From Bacillota bacterium (lineage in GTDB: Bacteria > Bacillota > SHA-98 > UBA4971): a DNA stretch of 64,000 nucleotides. The position numbers and the translations under genes were made by a program. The notes beneath the pieces were generated by a model that saw only the letters and a program-made list of their open reading frames with translations, was not told the origin of the DNA and ran no database searches. Below, one piece after another: positions 21,996 to 32,765 of this stretch (position 1 is the stretch's first letter; the number at the start of each line of letters is the position of its first letter). The stretch lies in NCBI GenBank assembly GCA_014360195.1, contig JACIXY010000003.1, positions 83,692-147,691 of the forward strand, written 5' to 3'.

Positions 21996-23627
21996 CTACT
22001 CGTGCGGGGGAACAGCGTTTTGAACGACGGCATCGGCGAGGTTGACCGCGTGGTCCGCCATGCGCTCGAGGTTGTCCACAACCTCGACGTAGATAACCCC
22101 GGACGCCGGGGAGCACGTCCCCTGGTTGAGCCGCCTGAGGTGGCTCGTTCGAAGAACGTCCTCGAGCTCGTCGATGTACTTCTCCTTCTCCCACACGTCC
22201 TGTGCGAGCGCAGGGTCGTTCTTCTCGAGGGCCTGGACGGCGTCGGAGATGACCTCGTCCACCCGTCTGAAGAGGTCACCAAGCTCGGATTTGGCCTCGT
22301 CGGAGAACTCGAGCCCCTGCTCAACCCTGTCGATGGCAAACTCGGATATGTTCACGGCATGGTCGCCGATGCGCTCTATGTCGTTCACCACGTGCAGCAT
22401 GCCGGCGAGCCTGGTTGACTGGGGTTGGGTGAGCACGCCCTGGGCCATGAGGGTCGAGAGGTACAGGATTATCTCGGATTGGAGGTTGTCCACCACCTCC
22501 TCGCGAGCGTTTATGCTCTTGGAGACCGCGCTCGGCTTGCCTGCAAGGAGTGCCTGCCCGGCATCTTTCACCATCTCACGCGCGATGCCGGCCATCCTGA
22601 CAAGCTCTTTCACCGCAAGCTGCAAGGCGACGGACGGGGTGGACAGCATGCGCCTGTCCAGGTACTTCGGGCCGTGCTCCATAACGATTTCCTGTCCGGG
22701 GTACACCGTCGTCGCGATGCGGGCGAGGACGCCCGCCATGGGCAACCATACGAGGGTATTGAGAACGTTGAACGACGTGTGGGCGTTCGCTATGAGACGC
22801 TCGATATTGCCCGAAGGCGTGACCACATGGACGAACGTCTTGAAGAATGGAAGCAGCGCAAGAAACAGGATGGTCCCGAACACATTGAAGAGCACGTGAG
22901 CGAGGGCCGTCCTGCGTGCGGACAGGCTTGCGCCGATGCTTGCGAGCACAGCTGTGACACACGTCCCAATGTTGTCGCCGAAAAGCACGGGTATCGCAGT
23001 GTCGAACCCGACAAGCCCCTGAGACGCAGCGGCCATGAGTAGGCCGATGGTCGCGCTTGAGCTCTGAATGATCACGGTCATGGCAAGCCCAACAAGCACC
23101 CCGAGGAGGGGATACTTTCCGAAGTTCGCTATCCATTGCACGAAAGCGGGGTTGTTGCGCAGCGGCTTCATGGTGTCGGCCATGACTGTCATGCCCAGGA
23201 ACAGGAGGCCGAACCCGAGGATGACCTGGCCCAGGTACTTGTGGATCTTCTTCCGCGAGAAGAAAGCGATGATGAAGCCCAGGCCCACCGCGGGAAGAGC
23301 CAGGTCCGAAAGGTCGAACGCGATGAGCTGCGCCGTTATGGTGGTGCCGATGTTGGCCCCCATGATCACTCCAACTGCCTGCTTCAGCGTCATGAGGCCT
23401 GCGTTCACGAAGCTGACGAGCATGACCGTGGTCGCACTGGAACTCTGGATAACGGCTGTAACAACAGCCCCCACGATCACTCCCATCCACGTCCTCGCAG
23501 TGAGGGCCTCGAGTATTCTTCGCATCCTGTCGCCGGCCGCCTTCTGCAGGCCGTCGCCCATCTGCATCATCCCATAGATAAAGAGCCCAAGACCACCAAG
23601 AAGCCCGGATATGAGGGAAATCGTCAC
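21996..23627 (-). CDS. Na+/phosphate cotransporter NptA family with C-terminal PhoU-like domains
   Basis: MTISLISGLLGGLGLFIYGM...QSSSATT repeats plus PhoU-like helices. Confidence 0.8.
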   Translation of the reverse strand: MTISLISGLLGGLGLFIYGMMQMGDGLQKAAGDRMRRILEALTARTWMGVIVGAVVTAVIQSSSATTVMLVSFVNAGLMTLKQAVGVIMGANIGTTITAQLIAFDLSDLALPAVGLGFIIAFFSRKKIHKYLGQVILGFGLLFLGMTVMADTMKPLRNNPAFVQWIANFGKYPLLGVLVGLAMTVIIQSSSATIGLLMAAASQGLVGFDTAIPVLFGDNIGTCVTAVLASIGASLSARRTALAHVLFNVFGTILFLALLPFFKTFVHVVTPSGNIERLIANAHTSFNVLNTLVWLPMAGVLARIATTVYPGQEIVMEHGPKYLDRRMLSTPSVALQLAVKELVRMAGIAREMVKDAGQALLAGKPSAVSKSINAREEVVDNLQSEIILYLSTLMAQGVLTQPQSTRLAGMLHVVNDIERIGDHAVNISEFAIDRVEQGLEFSDEAKSELGDLFRRVDEVISDAVQALEKNDPALAQDVWEKEKYIDELEDVLRTSHLRRLNQGTCSPASGVIYVEVVDNLERMADHAVNLADAVVQNAVPPHE

Positions 23628-23760
23628 TGCTCCACCCCCAGATGGCTTTTACCCGTTCTCTACGCTGTGTCTTGTCTCTGCACCGGCGACCGAGCCCGGG
23701 CGGCTCCCTCTCTCAACCACGTCTTGACCATGGCCGCCGGTCCCCCGGAGCGGCCCTGCT

Positions 23761-24600
23761 TCAGGCCCCGAGGAACGCCCAGGCTATGACCGCTGCGCCG
23801 ACGATCCACGTGTAAAGCGCGAACACCATGAACCTGCGCCGTCTCAAAGCTGAGAACACGAGGTGGATCGCCACGTACCCCGAAACGATGCTGGCGACTG
23901 CACCCGCGAGAAAGGGCGCCGCGAGGTCCTTCGCAAGGCCCGCTCTCACAAGGTCCGGAAGCTCGAGCGCGCTTGCCCCGAGGATCACCGGTATGGATAG
24001 AAGAAAAGAGAACCTCGCTGCGTCGTCACGTCGTAGGCCGAACAGGAGACCCGTGCTGATCGTCGCGCCGGAGCGGGAAAACCCCGGGACCACCGCCAGC
24101 CCCTGTGCCACGCCGATGCAGAACGCACCAAGAGGTCCCAGGCGGCCCAGGGGGATACGCCCTGTGCTTACCCTGTCGGCAAGCCATAACACGAGGCCGG
24201 TCGCGACGAGGAAGATCCCCACAGCGAGCCTCGACGTAAAAAGCCGCTGAACGACCGGTTCGAGCGCAAGCCCCATGATCGCAGTTGGGATGCTTGCGAC
24301 GATAATGAGGAAAACCATCTTTCGCCAGTCGTCGCGCGAGATGGCCTTACCGAAGCTTGTCCCCCTGGCAACATCCGCTGCAACGCCCACCGCCGCCGAG
24401 GCGAGACGCGCCACGTCGCGCCTGAACACCAGGACAACCGCGGCGAGGGTTCCAAGGTGCACCAGGACGTCGAACGATAGCAACGCTTCCTGGGCCTTGA
24501 GGATCTCCCGCATGATGACGAGGTGGCCCGAGCTTGACACCGGCAGGAACTCGGTGAGCCCCTGCGCCATCCCCAGGACCACGGCTTTTACGACGTCCAT
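23761..24600 (-). CDS. uppP: Undecaprenyl-diphosphatase
   Basis: MDVVKAVVLGMAQGLTEFLPVSSSGHL signature. RBS GAGAGGGGGG. Confidence 0.85.
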   Translation of the reverse strand: MDVVKAVVLGMAQGLTEFLPVSSSGHLVIMREILKAQEALLSFDVLVHLGTLAAVVLVFRRDVARLASAAVGVAADVARGTSFGKAISRDDWRKMVFLIIVASIPTAIMGLALEPVVQRLFTSRLAVGIFLVATGLVLWLADRVSTGRIPLGRLGPLGAFCIGVAQGLAVVPGFSRSGATISTGLLFGLRRDDAARFSFLLSIPVILGASALELPDLVRAGLAKDLAAPFLAGAVASIVSGYVAIHLVFSALRRRRFMVFALYTWIVGAAVIAWAFLGA

Positions 24601-25577
24601 GTGCGCCCCCCTCTCACGATGTCCACGAACCTGCGGGACCACGGCAGCACAACAACGATGGACAGCAGGTTGAAGAGCGTGTGGGCGTTGGCTATACCGT
24701 GCCCCGGGTCCTGTGGGGAGATAGCCTCCACGAGCCGAACGAACGCCCTGAACACCGGGAGAACACAGGCCACCCCTACAACGTTGAAGGCGAGGTGCAA
24801 AACCGCCGTTTTCCTCGCAGCGCGCGACGCCCCGACACTAGCGATGAGTGGTGTCACGCACGTGCCGATGTTGCCGCCGAGAGCAACGGCCAAAGCGGAC
24901 CGAAGGTCCATGATCCCCTGTCTTGCAAGGCTGATGAGCACGACCGTCGCCACGCTGGAACTCTGAATGACTCCGGTGAAGGCCGCGCCCGCCATAACCC
25001 CCAGCGTCGGCACCTGCCCGAGGACCACCAGGGATTCAACCAGCCACGGCGCGCCTGCAAGCCACGCCGTGGCGGAGGAGGTCACGCCCACGCCCCACAG
25101 GATGCACCCGAGGCCAGCCAACGCTACCCCTATGTCGCGATGGAGACGCCGCTTCGCCGCCAGGTACAGCGCAAGCCCGGCACAGACGGCCGGGGCGCCC
25201 AGCGACTCCGCTCGAAACGAGACTATCTGCGCCGTCACGCATGTCCCGAGGTTTGCCCCCATTATCACGCCGAAAGCCTGGTAGAGGTCGAGAACCCCGG
25301 CGTCTACGAGCCCCACCACCGTTATCGTGACCGCGCTAGAGCTCTGCAGGACCGCGGTTACCACCGTGCCCGTCACGGTCGCCGCCAGGGGTGTGCGGGT
25401 GAACCCTCTCAGGGCGCTCTCCGCGCGCCTGCCTGCGGTGCTGCCGAGCCCCGCGCGCAGCAACCGAATGCCCGCAAAAAAAAGGCCTATCCCACCAAGC
25501 AGCCGACAGACCGAGGCGACCACGGCGCACATCTCCTCCACGCGCGAAGATCCGCCGCCACAGCGCATCGGTCTCAA
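24588..25577 (-). CDS. Short Na+/phosphate cotransporter family paralogue (no PhoU domain); start uncertain
   Basis: LQSSSAVTITVVGLV and VIQSSSVATVVLISL repeats. Confidence 0.6.
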   Translation of the reverse strand: MRPMRCGGGSSRVEEMCAVVASVCRLLGGIGLFFAGIRLLRAGLGSTAGRRAESALRGFTRTPLAATVTGTVVTAVLQSSSAVTITVVGLVDAGVLDLYQAFGVIMGANLGTCVTAQIVSFRAESLGAPAVCAGLALYLAAKRRLHRDIGVALAGLGCILWGVGVTSSATAWLAGAPWLVESLVVLGQVPTLGVMAGAAFTGVIQSSSVATVVLISLARQGIMDLRSALAVALGGNIGTCVTPLIASVGASRAARKTAVLHLAFNVVGVACVLPVFRAFVRLVEAISPQDPGHGIANAHTLFNLLSIVVVLPWSRRFVDIVRGGRTWTS

Positions 25578-25713
25578 TATATGCCCTGTCAGCCCGACTT
25601 ATTATAGCACAGGGCAAACGCGGACGAAAAGCCCCGGCACTGCCCTGGAGTCGCACTGAACGCGCCGGCCTGGAGCCGGATTGTGGGGTACTCTGGAAAA
25701 GCAGTGGGGCTTG

Positions 25714-25962
25714 CTAACCTCGTGGCAAAACGCGGCCGCGGCCAACGAGAGACGGGGTGAGCCGAACGCGGCTCCCGGGCTGCAGGGCGGGATCTAGAAA
25801 GTGCTGCGGGTCGGTGCTGATGATCCGCACGATCACGGCCTCGTTCGCGGACACCTGCTCAACGGTCATGGTGATACCATTGATTTCCACATCGGTGAAG
25901 GTTCTTTCTCTGTCGATGCCCTCCAGGACCAGCTCGAGCGGAAGGACGGTGTACAGGATCAT
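25714..25962 (-). CDS. ylzJ: YlzJ-like small sporulation protein (TepA partner)
   Basis: 82 aa, 4-nt overlap with the upstream tepA, same gene order as B. subtilis tepA-ylzJ. Confidence 0.5.
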   Translation of the reverse strand: MILYTVLPLELVLEGIDRERTFTDVEINGITMTVEQVSANEAVIVRIISTDPQHFLDPALQPGSRVRLTPSLVGRGRVLPRG

Positions 25963-26792
25963 TGCAGCCGCGCAGCCTCCCTGCCGGCGACCTCGGCGCG
26001 GCCGGCTCGCCTTTCCTCAATCATTCTGTTGAGCGCGGCAAGCGCGTCCGAGAGGCCCCCAACCGCGTCCATGAGGCCGAGGTTGACGGCGTCGCTGCCC
26101 ACGAGGACTGTGCCGACGTCTCGAACGAGCTCTCCTGTTCGGAACATGAGCTCCCGGAACTTCTCCGGGCTGATCCTGGTGTGCTCGGCCACGAATTTGA
26201 TGACCCGGTCCTGCATTTTCTCCAGGTACTCGTAAGTCTGGGGGACGCCTATGACAAGCCCGGAGAGCCGCAGCGGATGCACCGTCACTGTGGCCGTCGA
26301 CGCGATGAGGCGGTACTTGCAGCTCACGGCGACCGGCAGGGCAATCGAATGACCACCGCCGAGCACGAGGGACACTGAAGGCTTCGACATGCTCTCGATC
26401 ATCTCGGCGATGGCGAGCCCTGCTTCCACGTCGCCACCCACGGTGTTCAGGACGACGAGAAGGCCCTCGATAGCTGGGTTCTGCTCAACTGCCACAAGCT
26501 GCGGGATAACGTGCTCGTACTTGGTGCTTTTGTTCTGGGGAGGCAGAACGATGTGGCCCTCGATCTGGCCGATTATCGTCATCACGTGAATGTTGCTCTG
26601 CGGCGCCGGAGGAGTGCGCATCTCGCCGAGTTGTTTCAGCGATGTCGCAGCGGACTCAGGAGTCTCCGGCGCCCCGCCCGGCGTCCCGGGCGACGGCGTT
26701 CTCTCAGGAACCGGGCTGACCTCGCCGCCGAGCTTTGCCAGCGCAGAGCTGGAAATCGAAGGCACGCCGCCGGTGCCGCACCGGTCGCTCAT
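25959..26792 (-). CDS. tepA: ClpP-family protease TepA-like
   Basis: ClpP-fold sequence ([11 protein letters not shown]...TVHPL...AVNLGLMD). ATG 26792 with RBS AGGAGGT. Confidence 0.7.
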   Translation of the reverse strand: MSDRCGTGGVPSISSSALAKLGGEVSPVPERTPSPGTPGGAPETPESAATSLKQLGEMRTPPAPQSNIHVMTIIGQIEGHIVLPPQNKSTKYEHVIPQLVAVEQNPAIEGLLVVLNTVGGDVEAGLAIAEMIESMSKPSVSLVLGGGHSIALPVAVSCKYRLIASTATVTVHPLRLSGLVIGVPQTYEYLEKMQDRVIKFVAEHTRISPEKFRELMFRTGELVRDVGTVLVGSDAVNLGLMDAVGGLSDALAALNRMIEERRAGRAEVAGREAARLQ

Positions 26793-26879
26793 CCCGTTCA
26801 ACCTCCTGGTACTGGTCACCTGTAGCAGGATCGGCTCGAGCTGCGCCGGTAAGTATTATGCGGCTACCACCCGCAAATC

Positions 26880-27290
26880 ATGCGCCCGAGGGCGGCCACA
26901 TTCGGTGCGAGAAGGCGAAGGCTAAGTAGATCGCCACAAGTAATCGCCGGTTTCAGAGAGCACACGTGCCGTGCAGGGTTGCCGGTGTTGCACTCGGGGA
27001 CGGCGCCCCAAGCGGGGCGCGCTTCGCCAAAATCCGGCCCGTCGGGCCAGTGGCCGGATTTTGACACCCCTCGTGCAATCACCGGCAACCCAAGACCTCG
27101 GAAAACGGAGAAAACTAATGACCTCATACTTAGAAGCCGCAAGCGGCGTCGAAGCCGGGGGGCTCTGGCGCCGCCGCGAGAGTCGCACAAGGCGCGGAAG
27201 GCCGCGCTCAAGCCCTCAGGGGCCTTTTCGCGGCCTTACATGCCGACCGAACGGTTGACCCGCCGCCGCGGTGCGACCAGCGGTACGAGC
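26880..27290. repeat. Composite MITE island I: long-form copy D at about 26924-27095 plus related flanking segments
   Basis: GGCTAAGTAGATCGCCACAAGT...GGGTTGCCGGTGTTGCACTCGGGGACGGCGCCCCAAGCGGGGCGCGCTTCGCCAAAATCCGGCC...GGCCGGATTTTGACACCCCTCGTGCAATCACCGGCAACCC...CATACTTAGAAGCC. Nearly the same composite recurs at 36990-37290 in the same orientation. Confidence 0.6.
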
Positions 27291-27297
27291 CGGATGC

Positions 27298-28998
27298 CTA
27301 GATCTCGAGCGCGCTCCACAGCTTGTCCGCAATGGTCCCGAGGAGCTTCATCAGGGCCGCAAGGAGAATCGCAAGGACTCCTGCGACCCCTGCGACGATT
27401 CCCCACGCAGGAAACCCGAGCTTGATGAAGAAGCTCACGGCCACGCCTAAGAGACCTACGACGCCCACACCTACCAGCATCCCCGCCACCACGTTGAGGT
27501 TGGACTTCACAGCCTTCTGCTGATCCGTCCAGTTCAGCATGGGGCGCCACATGTCGAACAGCACTCCGCACACGCACAGCACAAACGACGACATGATCCC
27601 GAGGATGATCCCCGCCACCACACTCAGGACGGGTAACCTGACCAAGTACTCGAGCACAGCAACCCCGGGAATCGCTCCCAGGGCAATCATGATCTCCGCC
27701 CCCACCGCTTTACCAAGGGCGACGGTCTTCCCGGTTGCCGGGAAGCTCCTCGGAATCCAGATGTTCCTCCTTCCCTCGCGGGAGAACGCCGTGAAGGGAA
27801 TGGATGACATCGCCGTCAGGATAAAAAAGTACCCGGCAATGACGAGAGTTCCGATCGCCGCAAGCCCGGGTATCGCGAACAGGGCGTCCCACAGGCGTGC
27901 CATTTCAGGAGTGCTCCTCACGAAGAACATCGCCACGAGCATAACCGGGAATATCACAAACCCCGTGAACCCGTTCAGTACGAACACAGGGGTCCGCGTG
28001 AAGAGCTTCATCTCCGCAACGGCCAGCGAAACGACGGGCGAGCGTGAGACGTACGTTGCCGCCCGCACCTTTCCCACGCGGCGCGCGCCTCTCGTCGCCC
28101 CCGCCTCGAATCCGCTGAGCACGCCCTGGTAAAAGACCCTATCACCGATGGCGAGGAGAGCCACGAACCCGAGCGCGCCAACCGCGAGGAAGATCCCCAG
28201 ATTCAAGAGGCCCTGCCAGGTGCCGGACAGCGCAAGCGCCTTCGTCGCCCAGATGCTCGGCGGGAACCGCGCCCCAACGATGTCCACGAGGCTGTCGGCG
28301 GTCGCAAGCATCTTCGCCAGGAACTCAGCCTCCTCACCGACACCGGGAGCTTTCGTCTGCACGAGGAACTGAAAGACCACGACCACAGCTATGAAAAGGA
28401 AGCCTCCTATCATGGCCAGGGTGTCCTTCCGTCTCGACAACCCCACGACCCTCATGAGGAGAATCGCGGGAATGGCGGCGAGCACGAGCGGCACCACCGG
28501 CAGCGCCAGGAAGACCAGGACGCTCGAGACAACGTACGGGACGGCGCTTACGCCGGCGCGGACCCCATAGGCCACGAGCACGGGGACGATGAACACCGCG
28601 AGGCCCACGTACTCGTTGGCGAGGATCACAGCGAACTTGCTCACGAGCACCTCAGCCGGCCGGAGGGGAAACGGGATCAGGATGCCGAGGTCGTTCGAGA
28701 AGTAGAACACCGCTATGACCAGCACGAACCCGAGAATGAGCACGAGGACTTGTGAGAGGAGAATGCCAAGGGTCAGCGTGACAGCTCCCTGCCCTACGGC
28801 GGCAGCCGCAGAGTAGTAGTACGACGCCGCTGTGTAAATGCCGATAGCAAGCATGGCTGCGGCACCGCCGATGCCCAGAACTATCAGGACAGGCTCCCAC
28901 AGGCGCTGGCGCTTCTTGAGATAATAGTACCGCGAGTGCGATATGGCAAAGTTCATGTTGAGCTGGGCGAGGACGAGCGAAAGGACTCGCCTTGTCAT
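27298..28998 (-). CDS. ABC-2-type transporter permease (polytopic, 12 or more TM helices)
   Basis: Hydrophobic multi-TM protein. Its ATG directly follows the stop of the upstream ABC ATPase (TGACATGACAAGG). Confidence 0.6.
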   Translation of the reverse strand: MTRRVLSLVLAQLNMNFAISHSRYYYLKKRQRLWEPVLIVLGIGGAAAMLAIGIYTAASYYYSAAAAVGQGAVTLTLGILLSQVLVLILGFVLVIAVFYFSNDLGILIPFPLRPAEVLVSKFAVILANEYVGLAVFIVPVLVAYGVRAGVSAVPYVVSSVLVFLALPVVPLVLAAIPAILLMRVVGLSRRKDTLAMIGGFLFIAVVVVFQFLVQTKAPGVGEEAEFLAKMLATADSLVDIVGARFPPSIWATKALALSGTWQGLLNLGIFLAVGALGFVALLAIGDRVFYQGVLSGFEAGATRGARRVGKVRAATYVSRSPVVSLAVAEMKLFTRTPVFVLNGFTGFVIFPVMLVAMFFVRSTPEMARLWDALFAIPGLAAIGTLVIAGYFFILTAMSSIPFTAFSREGRRNIWIPRSFPATGKTVALGKAVGAEIMIALGAIPGVAVLEYLVRLPVLSVVAGIILGIMSSFVLCVCGVLFDMWRPMLNWTDQQKAVKSNLNVVAGMLVGVGVVGLLGVAVSFFIKLGFPAWGIVAGVAGVLAILLAALMKLLGTIADKLWSALEI

Positions 28999-28999
28999 G

Positions 29000-29755
29000 T
29001 CAGCTCGCCTCCCCCGCCTCTGTAAGCTCAAGGAATATGTCCTCAAGCGTTTCGTCTGCTTGCTTGCGACGGTTGCGAAGCTCCTCAACAGTGCCGCACG
29101 CGACAAGACGCCCTCTGTTGATGATGCCCACCCGGTCGCAGAGCCTCTCCGCCACCTCAAGGATGTGCGTGGAGAAAAACACCGTATGCCCTTTGTCGCA
29201 GTGGCTCCTCATCATATCCTTGAAAAGGCGCGACGCCCTGGGGTCCAGGCCCACCATGGGCTCGTCCAGGATGAACACCCGGGGCTCGTGGAGAAGCGCA
29301 CCGGTGAGAGCCAGCTTCTGCTTCATCCCGTGCGAGTAGCTCTGGATGATATCGCGAGCGGCCGACTCAAGCTCGAACATCTCCAAGAGCTCGGCGACGC
29401 GTCGCCTCCTCTCGTCCCGCGGAACGCCGAAGATGTCGGCCACGAGGTTGAGGTACTCGATCCCTGTAAGCCTGTCGTAGAGGTCGGGGTTATCCGGGAC
29501 ATACCCGATGTCGGCCTTGGCGGCCACGGAGTCTCGCGCCACGTCATGGCCGTTCACCAGGATGGTGCCTCTGTCGGCCTTGAGAAGCCCCACCACCATC
29601 TTGATGGTGGTGGTCTTTCCCGCCCCGTTCGGGCCGAGAAAGCCGAATATCTCCCCGGCGCGAACTTCGAGGGAAAGATTGTCCACCGCGGGCCTCGTTC
29701 CGCCGCGGTAAGTCTTGGACACTCCCTCTAACCTCAGCAAAGCTACCTCGCTCAT
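29000..29755 (-). CDS. ABC transporter ATP-binding protein
   Basis: GPNGAGKTT Walker A, LSGGMKQK-like signature (YSHGMKQKLAL), ILDEP Walker B. ATG 29755 with RBS AAGGAGGG. Confidence 0.8.
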   Translation of the reverse strand: MSEVALLRLEGVSKTYRGGTRPAVDNLSLEVRAGEIFGFLGPNGAGKTTTIKMVVGLLKADRGTILVNGHDVARDSVAAKADIGYVPDNPDLYDRLTGIEYLNLVADIFGVPRDERRRRVAELLEMFELESAARDIIQSYSHGMKQKLALTGALLHEPRVFILDEPMVGLDPRASRLFKDMMRSHCDKGHTVFFSTHILEVAERLCDRVGIINRGRLVACGTVEELRNRRKQADETLEDIFLELTEAGEAS

Positions 29756-29929
29756 AGCCGCGCCGACCCTCCTTGAGGAAAGCGGTGGCATTGTCGCGCC
29801 CCGGGCCTTCGCCCACCACGGAGCGGAAGGCTCGTCCAAAAGGCTTGTGATCCGAGCGTTCGCCTTCATGGGAGGCGTCGAGGCCTGGCAGGCCTTACAC
29901 ACTGATCGGCCGCTGTCAGCGAGCCGCGC

Positions 29930-31594
29930 CTATACCTCCATCACGATAGGCAGGACCATGGGCCGCCGACGGATCTTCTCGTAGACGAACTCCGCAAGGG
30001 CTTCGCGGACCCTATTCTTGATCGTCCCCCACTCGGTTATCCCCTGCCCCGAGCAGCGGGAGATAACCTCGCGTACCTCGCTCTCGGCCTCCTTCAGGAG
30101 CGCTTCGGACTCCTTCACGTACACGAAGCCTCTCGAGACTATGTCAGGCCCTGCTATGACCTCGGCCGTTTGCTTGTCCACCGTGACGACGACGACGAGT
30201 ATACCATCCTGGGCGAGCACCTTGCGGTCCCGCAGCACCACATTCCCGACGTCGCCGACCCCGAGTCCGTCCACCAGCACCTGCCCCGCATCGACCTTGG
30301 CGCCGAGGCGCGCGCCTTCCTTCGTGAACTCCAGGACGTCCCCGATGTCGAGGATGAAGATGTTCTCCGGTGGTATCCCCACCTGCTCAGCGAGGCGTGC
30401 GTGCTTTACGAGGTGGCGGTATTCCCCGTGAATGGGCACGAAGTACTTCGGGCGCGTGAGGTTCATCATGAGCTTGAGCTCTTCCTGACTCGCATGGCCC
30501 GACGCGTGAACCCCCGAGAACTTCTCGTAGATGACGTCGGCCCCCTGCCTGAAGAGATGGTTTATGGTCCGGCCGATGAGCTTCTCGTTTCCGGGGATCG
30601 GAGACGCCGAGATGATCACCGTGTCGCCAGGACGGATCCCCACCTTCTTGTGGGTCGCCATCGCCATGCGCGTGAGGGCGGACATCGGCTCCCCTTGAGT
30701 GCCTGTCGTGATGATCGTCAGCCTGTCCGCGGGAACCCTGTCCACCTCGTCCACGGAGACAAGCATCCCCGGAGGTATGACAAGGTACCCGAGGTTCGTG
30801 GCTATCTCCACCGTGTTCTCGAGGCTTCGGCCTATGACGGCGATCTTCCTCCCGAACTTCCACGAGGCGTCCACTATCTGCTGGACCCTGTGGATGTTCG
30901 ACGCAAACGTCGCGACGAGGATCCTTCCCTCGGCCTTGCTGAAAACGTCCTCGAAGGCGCGCCCTACGTCGCGCTCAGACATGGTGTACCCGGGGCGCTC
31001 TGCGTTCGTCGAATCTGAAAGAAGAGCCAGGACGCCGCGCGAGCCGAGCTCCGCGAACTTCCGAAAGTCCGGCGCCTCCTCGCCGATGGGCGTCTGGTCG
31101 AACTTGAAGTCGGCCGTGTGGACCAAAAGTCCGGCGGGCGTGGTGATGGCGAGCGCCACCACATCGGCGATGCTGTGGTTCACCCGGACGAACTCGACGG
31201 TAAACGGCCCCAGCGAGAGCGTTTCCCCGGCCTTTACGCATTGCAGAGGAAAGGCCGGGGAAACGCCGTGCTCCGCGAGCCGTCCCTCCACAAGGCCGAG
31301 CGTCAACCTGGTTCCGTATATCCTGGTGCTTACCTGCTTGAGGACGTATGGCAGGGCGCCGATGTGGTCTTCGTGCCCGTGGGTTAGGATGATTCCCCTT
31401 ATGCGATCCTGATTCGCCACGAGATAGGAGATATCGGGGATGACGAGGTCGATGCCGAGCATCTCCTCCTCCGGGAAGGCCACCCCCGCATCCACCACAA
31501 GTATGTCCCCGTTGTACTCGATAGCCGTCATGTTCTTGCCGATCTCGCCTACCCCGCCAAGGGGCACGATCGAAAGCCTGTCGTCTTTGGCCAC
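29930..31594 (-). CDS. rnj: Ribonuclease J
   Basis: LGGVGEIGKNMTAIEY...ILTHGHEDHIGALPY metallo-beta-lactamase / beta-CASP. Confidence 0.9.
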   Translation of the reverse strand: MAKDDRLSIVPLGGVGEIGKNMTAIEYNGDILVVDAGVAFPEEEMLGIDLVIPDISYLVANQDRIRGIILTHGHEDHIGALPYVLKQVSTRIYGTRLTLGLVEGRLAEHGVSPAFPLQCVKAGETLSLGPFTVEFVRVNHSIADVVALAITTPAGLLVHTADFKFDQTPIGEEAPDFRKFAELGSRGVLALLSDSTNAERPGYTMSERDVGRAFEDVFSKAEGRILVATFASNIHRVQQIVDASWKFGRKIAVIGRSLENTVEIATNLGYLVIPPGMLVSVDEVDRVPADRLTIITTGTQGEPMSALTRMAMATHKKVGIRPGDTVIISASPIPGNEKLIGRTINHLFRQGADVIYEKFSGVHASGHASQEELKLMMNLTRPKYFVPIHGEYRHLVKHARLAEQVGIPPENIFILDIGDVLEFTKEGARLGAKVDAGQVLVDGLGVGDVGNVVLRDRKVLAQDGILVVVVTVDKQTAEVIAGPDIVSRGFVYVKESEALLKEAESEVREVISRCSGQGITEWGTIKNRVREALAEFVYEKIRRRPMVLPIVMEV

Positions 31595-31809
31595 GCCTCT
31601 TGTGTCACCATCTTTACGAACCCGCTCGGGGCCCCCGCACTCGAAGGCAGGGAGCCTCGAGCGGCGTATTCATCCGGATGCAATTGTAACATAACCCCAC
31701 GGGCGTCTCAAGGTCGGCTCGCCGGCCCGCTGGCCTGCCTGCTGTCTGCCTGCCGGCTGTTGGCTCGCCGTCTGTTGGCTCGCCGGCCCGCCGCGGCCCA
31801 CCGACCGGG

Positions 31810-32694
31810 TCACGCCACGAGCCCCAGGCCTGAAAGCGCCTGACGGACGATCGCCGCTTCTCTCTCGCCGGCCTCCACGAGGGGCGGCCGCAGGCCTCCC
31901 ACGTCGAACCCAGTGAGCCTGAGCGCGAGCTTCACAGGGATCGGGTTTGTTGTCACGAACAGCGCTTTAAAAAGCGGGAAAAGCTCGGCGTTAATCTCCG
32001 CGGCCTTCGCCACCTGGCCGGCGACATACGCCTCCACCATATCTTTCAGCCGCCTGCCGACAACATGCGAGGCTACGCTGATGATGCCCTCGCCACCTAC
32101 CGCAAGGATCGGAAGCGTCAGGCTGTCATCGCCGCTGTAAATCTTAAATGACGGCGGCGTGCGCCGACGGATATCCGTGACCTGGTCAAGGCTGCCGCTG
32201 GCCTCCTTTATGGCCACGATGTTCTCCACGCCTGCGAGCTTCTCGACGGTCTCAGGCGTCATGTTTATGCCGGTCCTGCCAGGTATGTTGTAGAGGATGA
32301 CCGGCAGGCTCGTGGCCGCCGCGATGGCCTTGAAGTGGGTGATGAGCCCGTCCTGGGGCGGCTTGTTGTAATACGGCACGACGGCCATGACCCCGTGAAC
32401 TCCGACCTTCTCGGCCTCGCGCGTAAGCTCGACGCTGGCCTGCGTTGCATTCCCGCCCGTGCCGGCGACGACCGCAGCCTCCTTGCCAACAGCCTCCACG
32501 ACCACCCTGAAGAGGTTCACTTTCTCCTCTTTCGTCAGCGTCGGCGACTCGCCGGTCGTTCCTGCCACCACGATCCCGTCGGAGCCCGAGTCAACCAGCT
32601 TCCTTGCAAGCTCCGCAGCCTTGTCATAGTCCACCTTGAGGTCGGGCGTAAATGGCGTGACCATCGCGGTAAGCACTCGTCCGAAGCTCCTCAT
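31810..32694 (-). CDS. dapA: 4-hydroxy-tetrahydrodipicolinate synthase
   Basis: MRSFGRVLTAMVTPF...GTTGESPTLT. Confidence 0.85.
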   Translation of the reverse strand: MRSFGRVLTAMVTPFTPDLKVDYDKAAELARKLVDSGSDGIVVAGTTGESPTLTKEEKVNLFRVVVEAVGKEAAVVAGTGGNATQASVELTREAEKVGVHGVMAVVPYYNKPPQDGLITHFKAIAAATSLPVILYNIPGRTGINMTPETVEKLAGVENIVAIKEASGSLDQVTDIRRRTPPSFKIYSGDDSLTLPILAVGGEGIISVASHVVGRRLKDMVEAYVAGQVAKAAEINAELFPLFKALFVTTNPIPVKLALRLTGFDVGGLRPPLVEAGEREAAIVRQALSGLGLVA

Positions 32695-32765
32695 ACGAGC
32701 ATCCCCCCAGTAAAACTGTTGTCCCCGCCGTTCCTGGCGGATGTTACGGGTCTCGCACTCGAGGC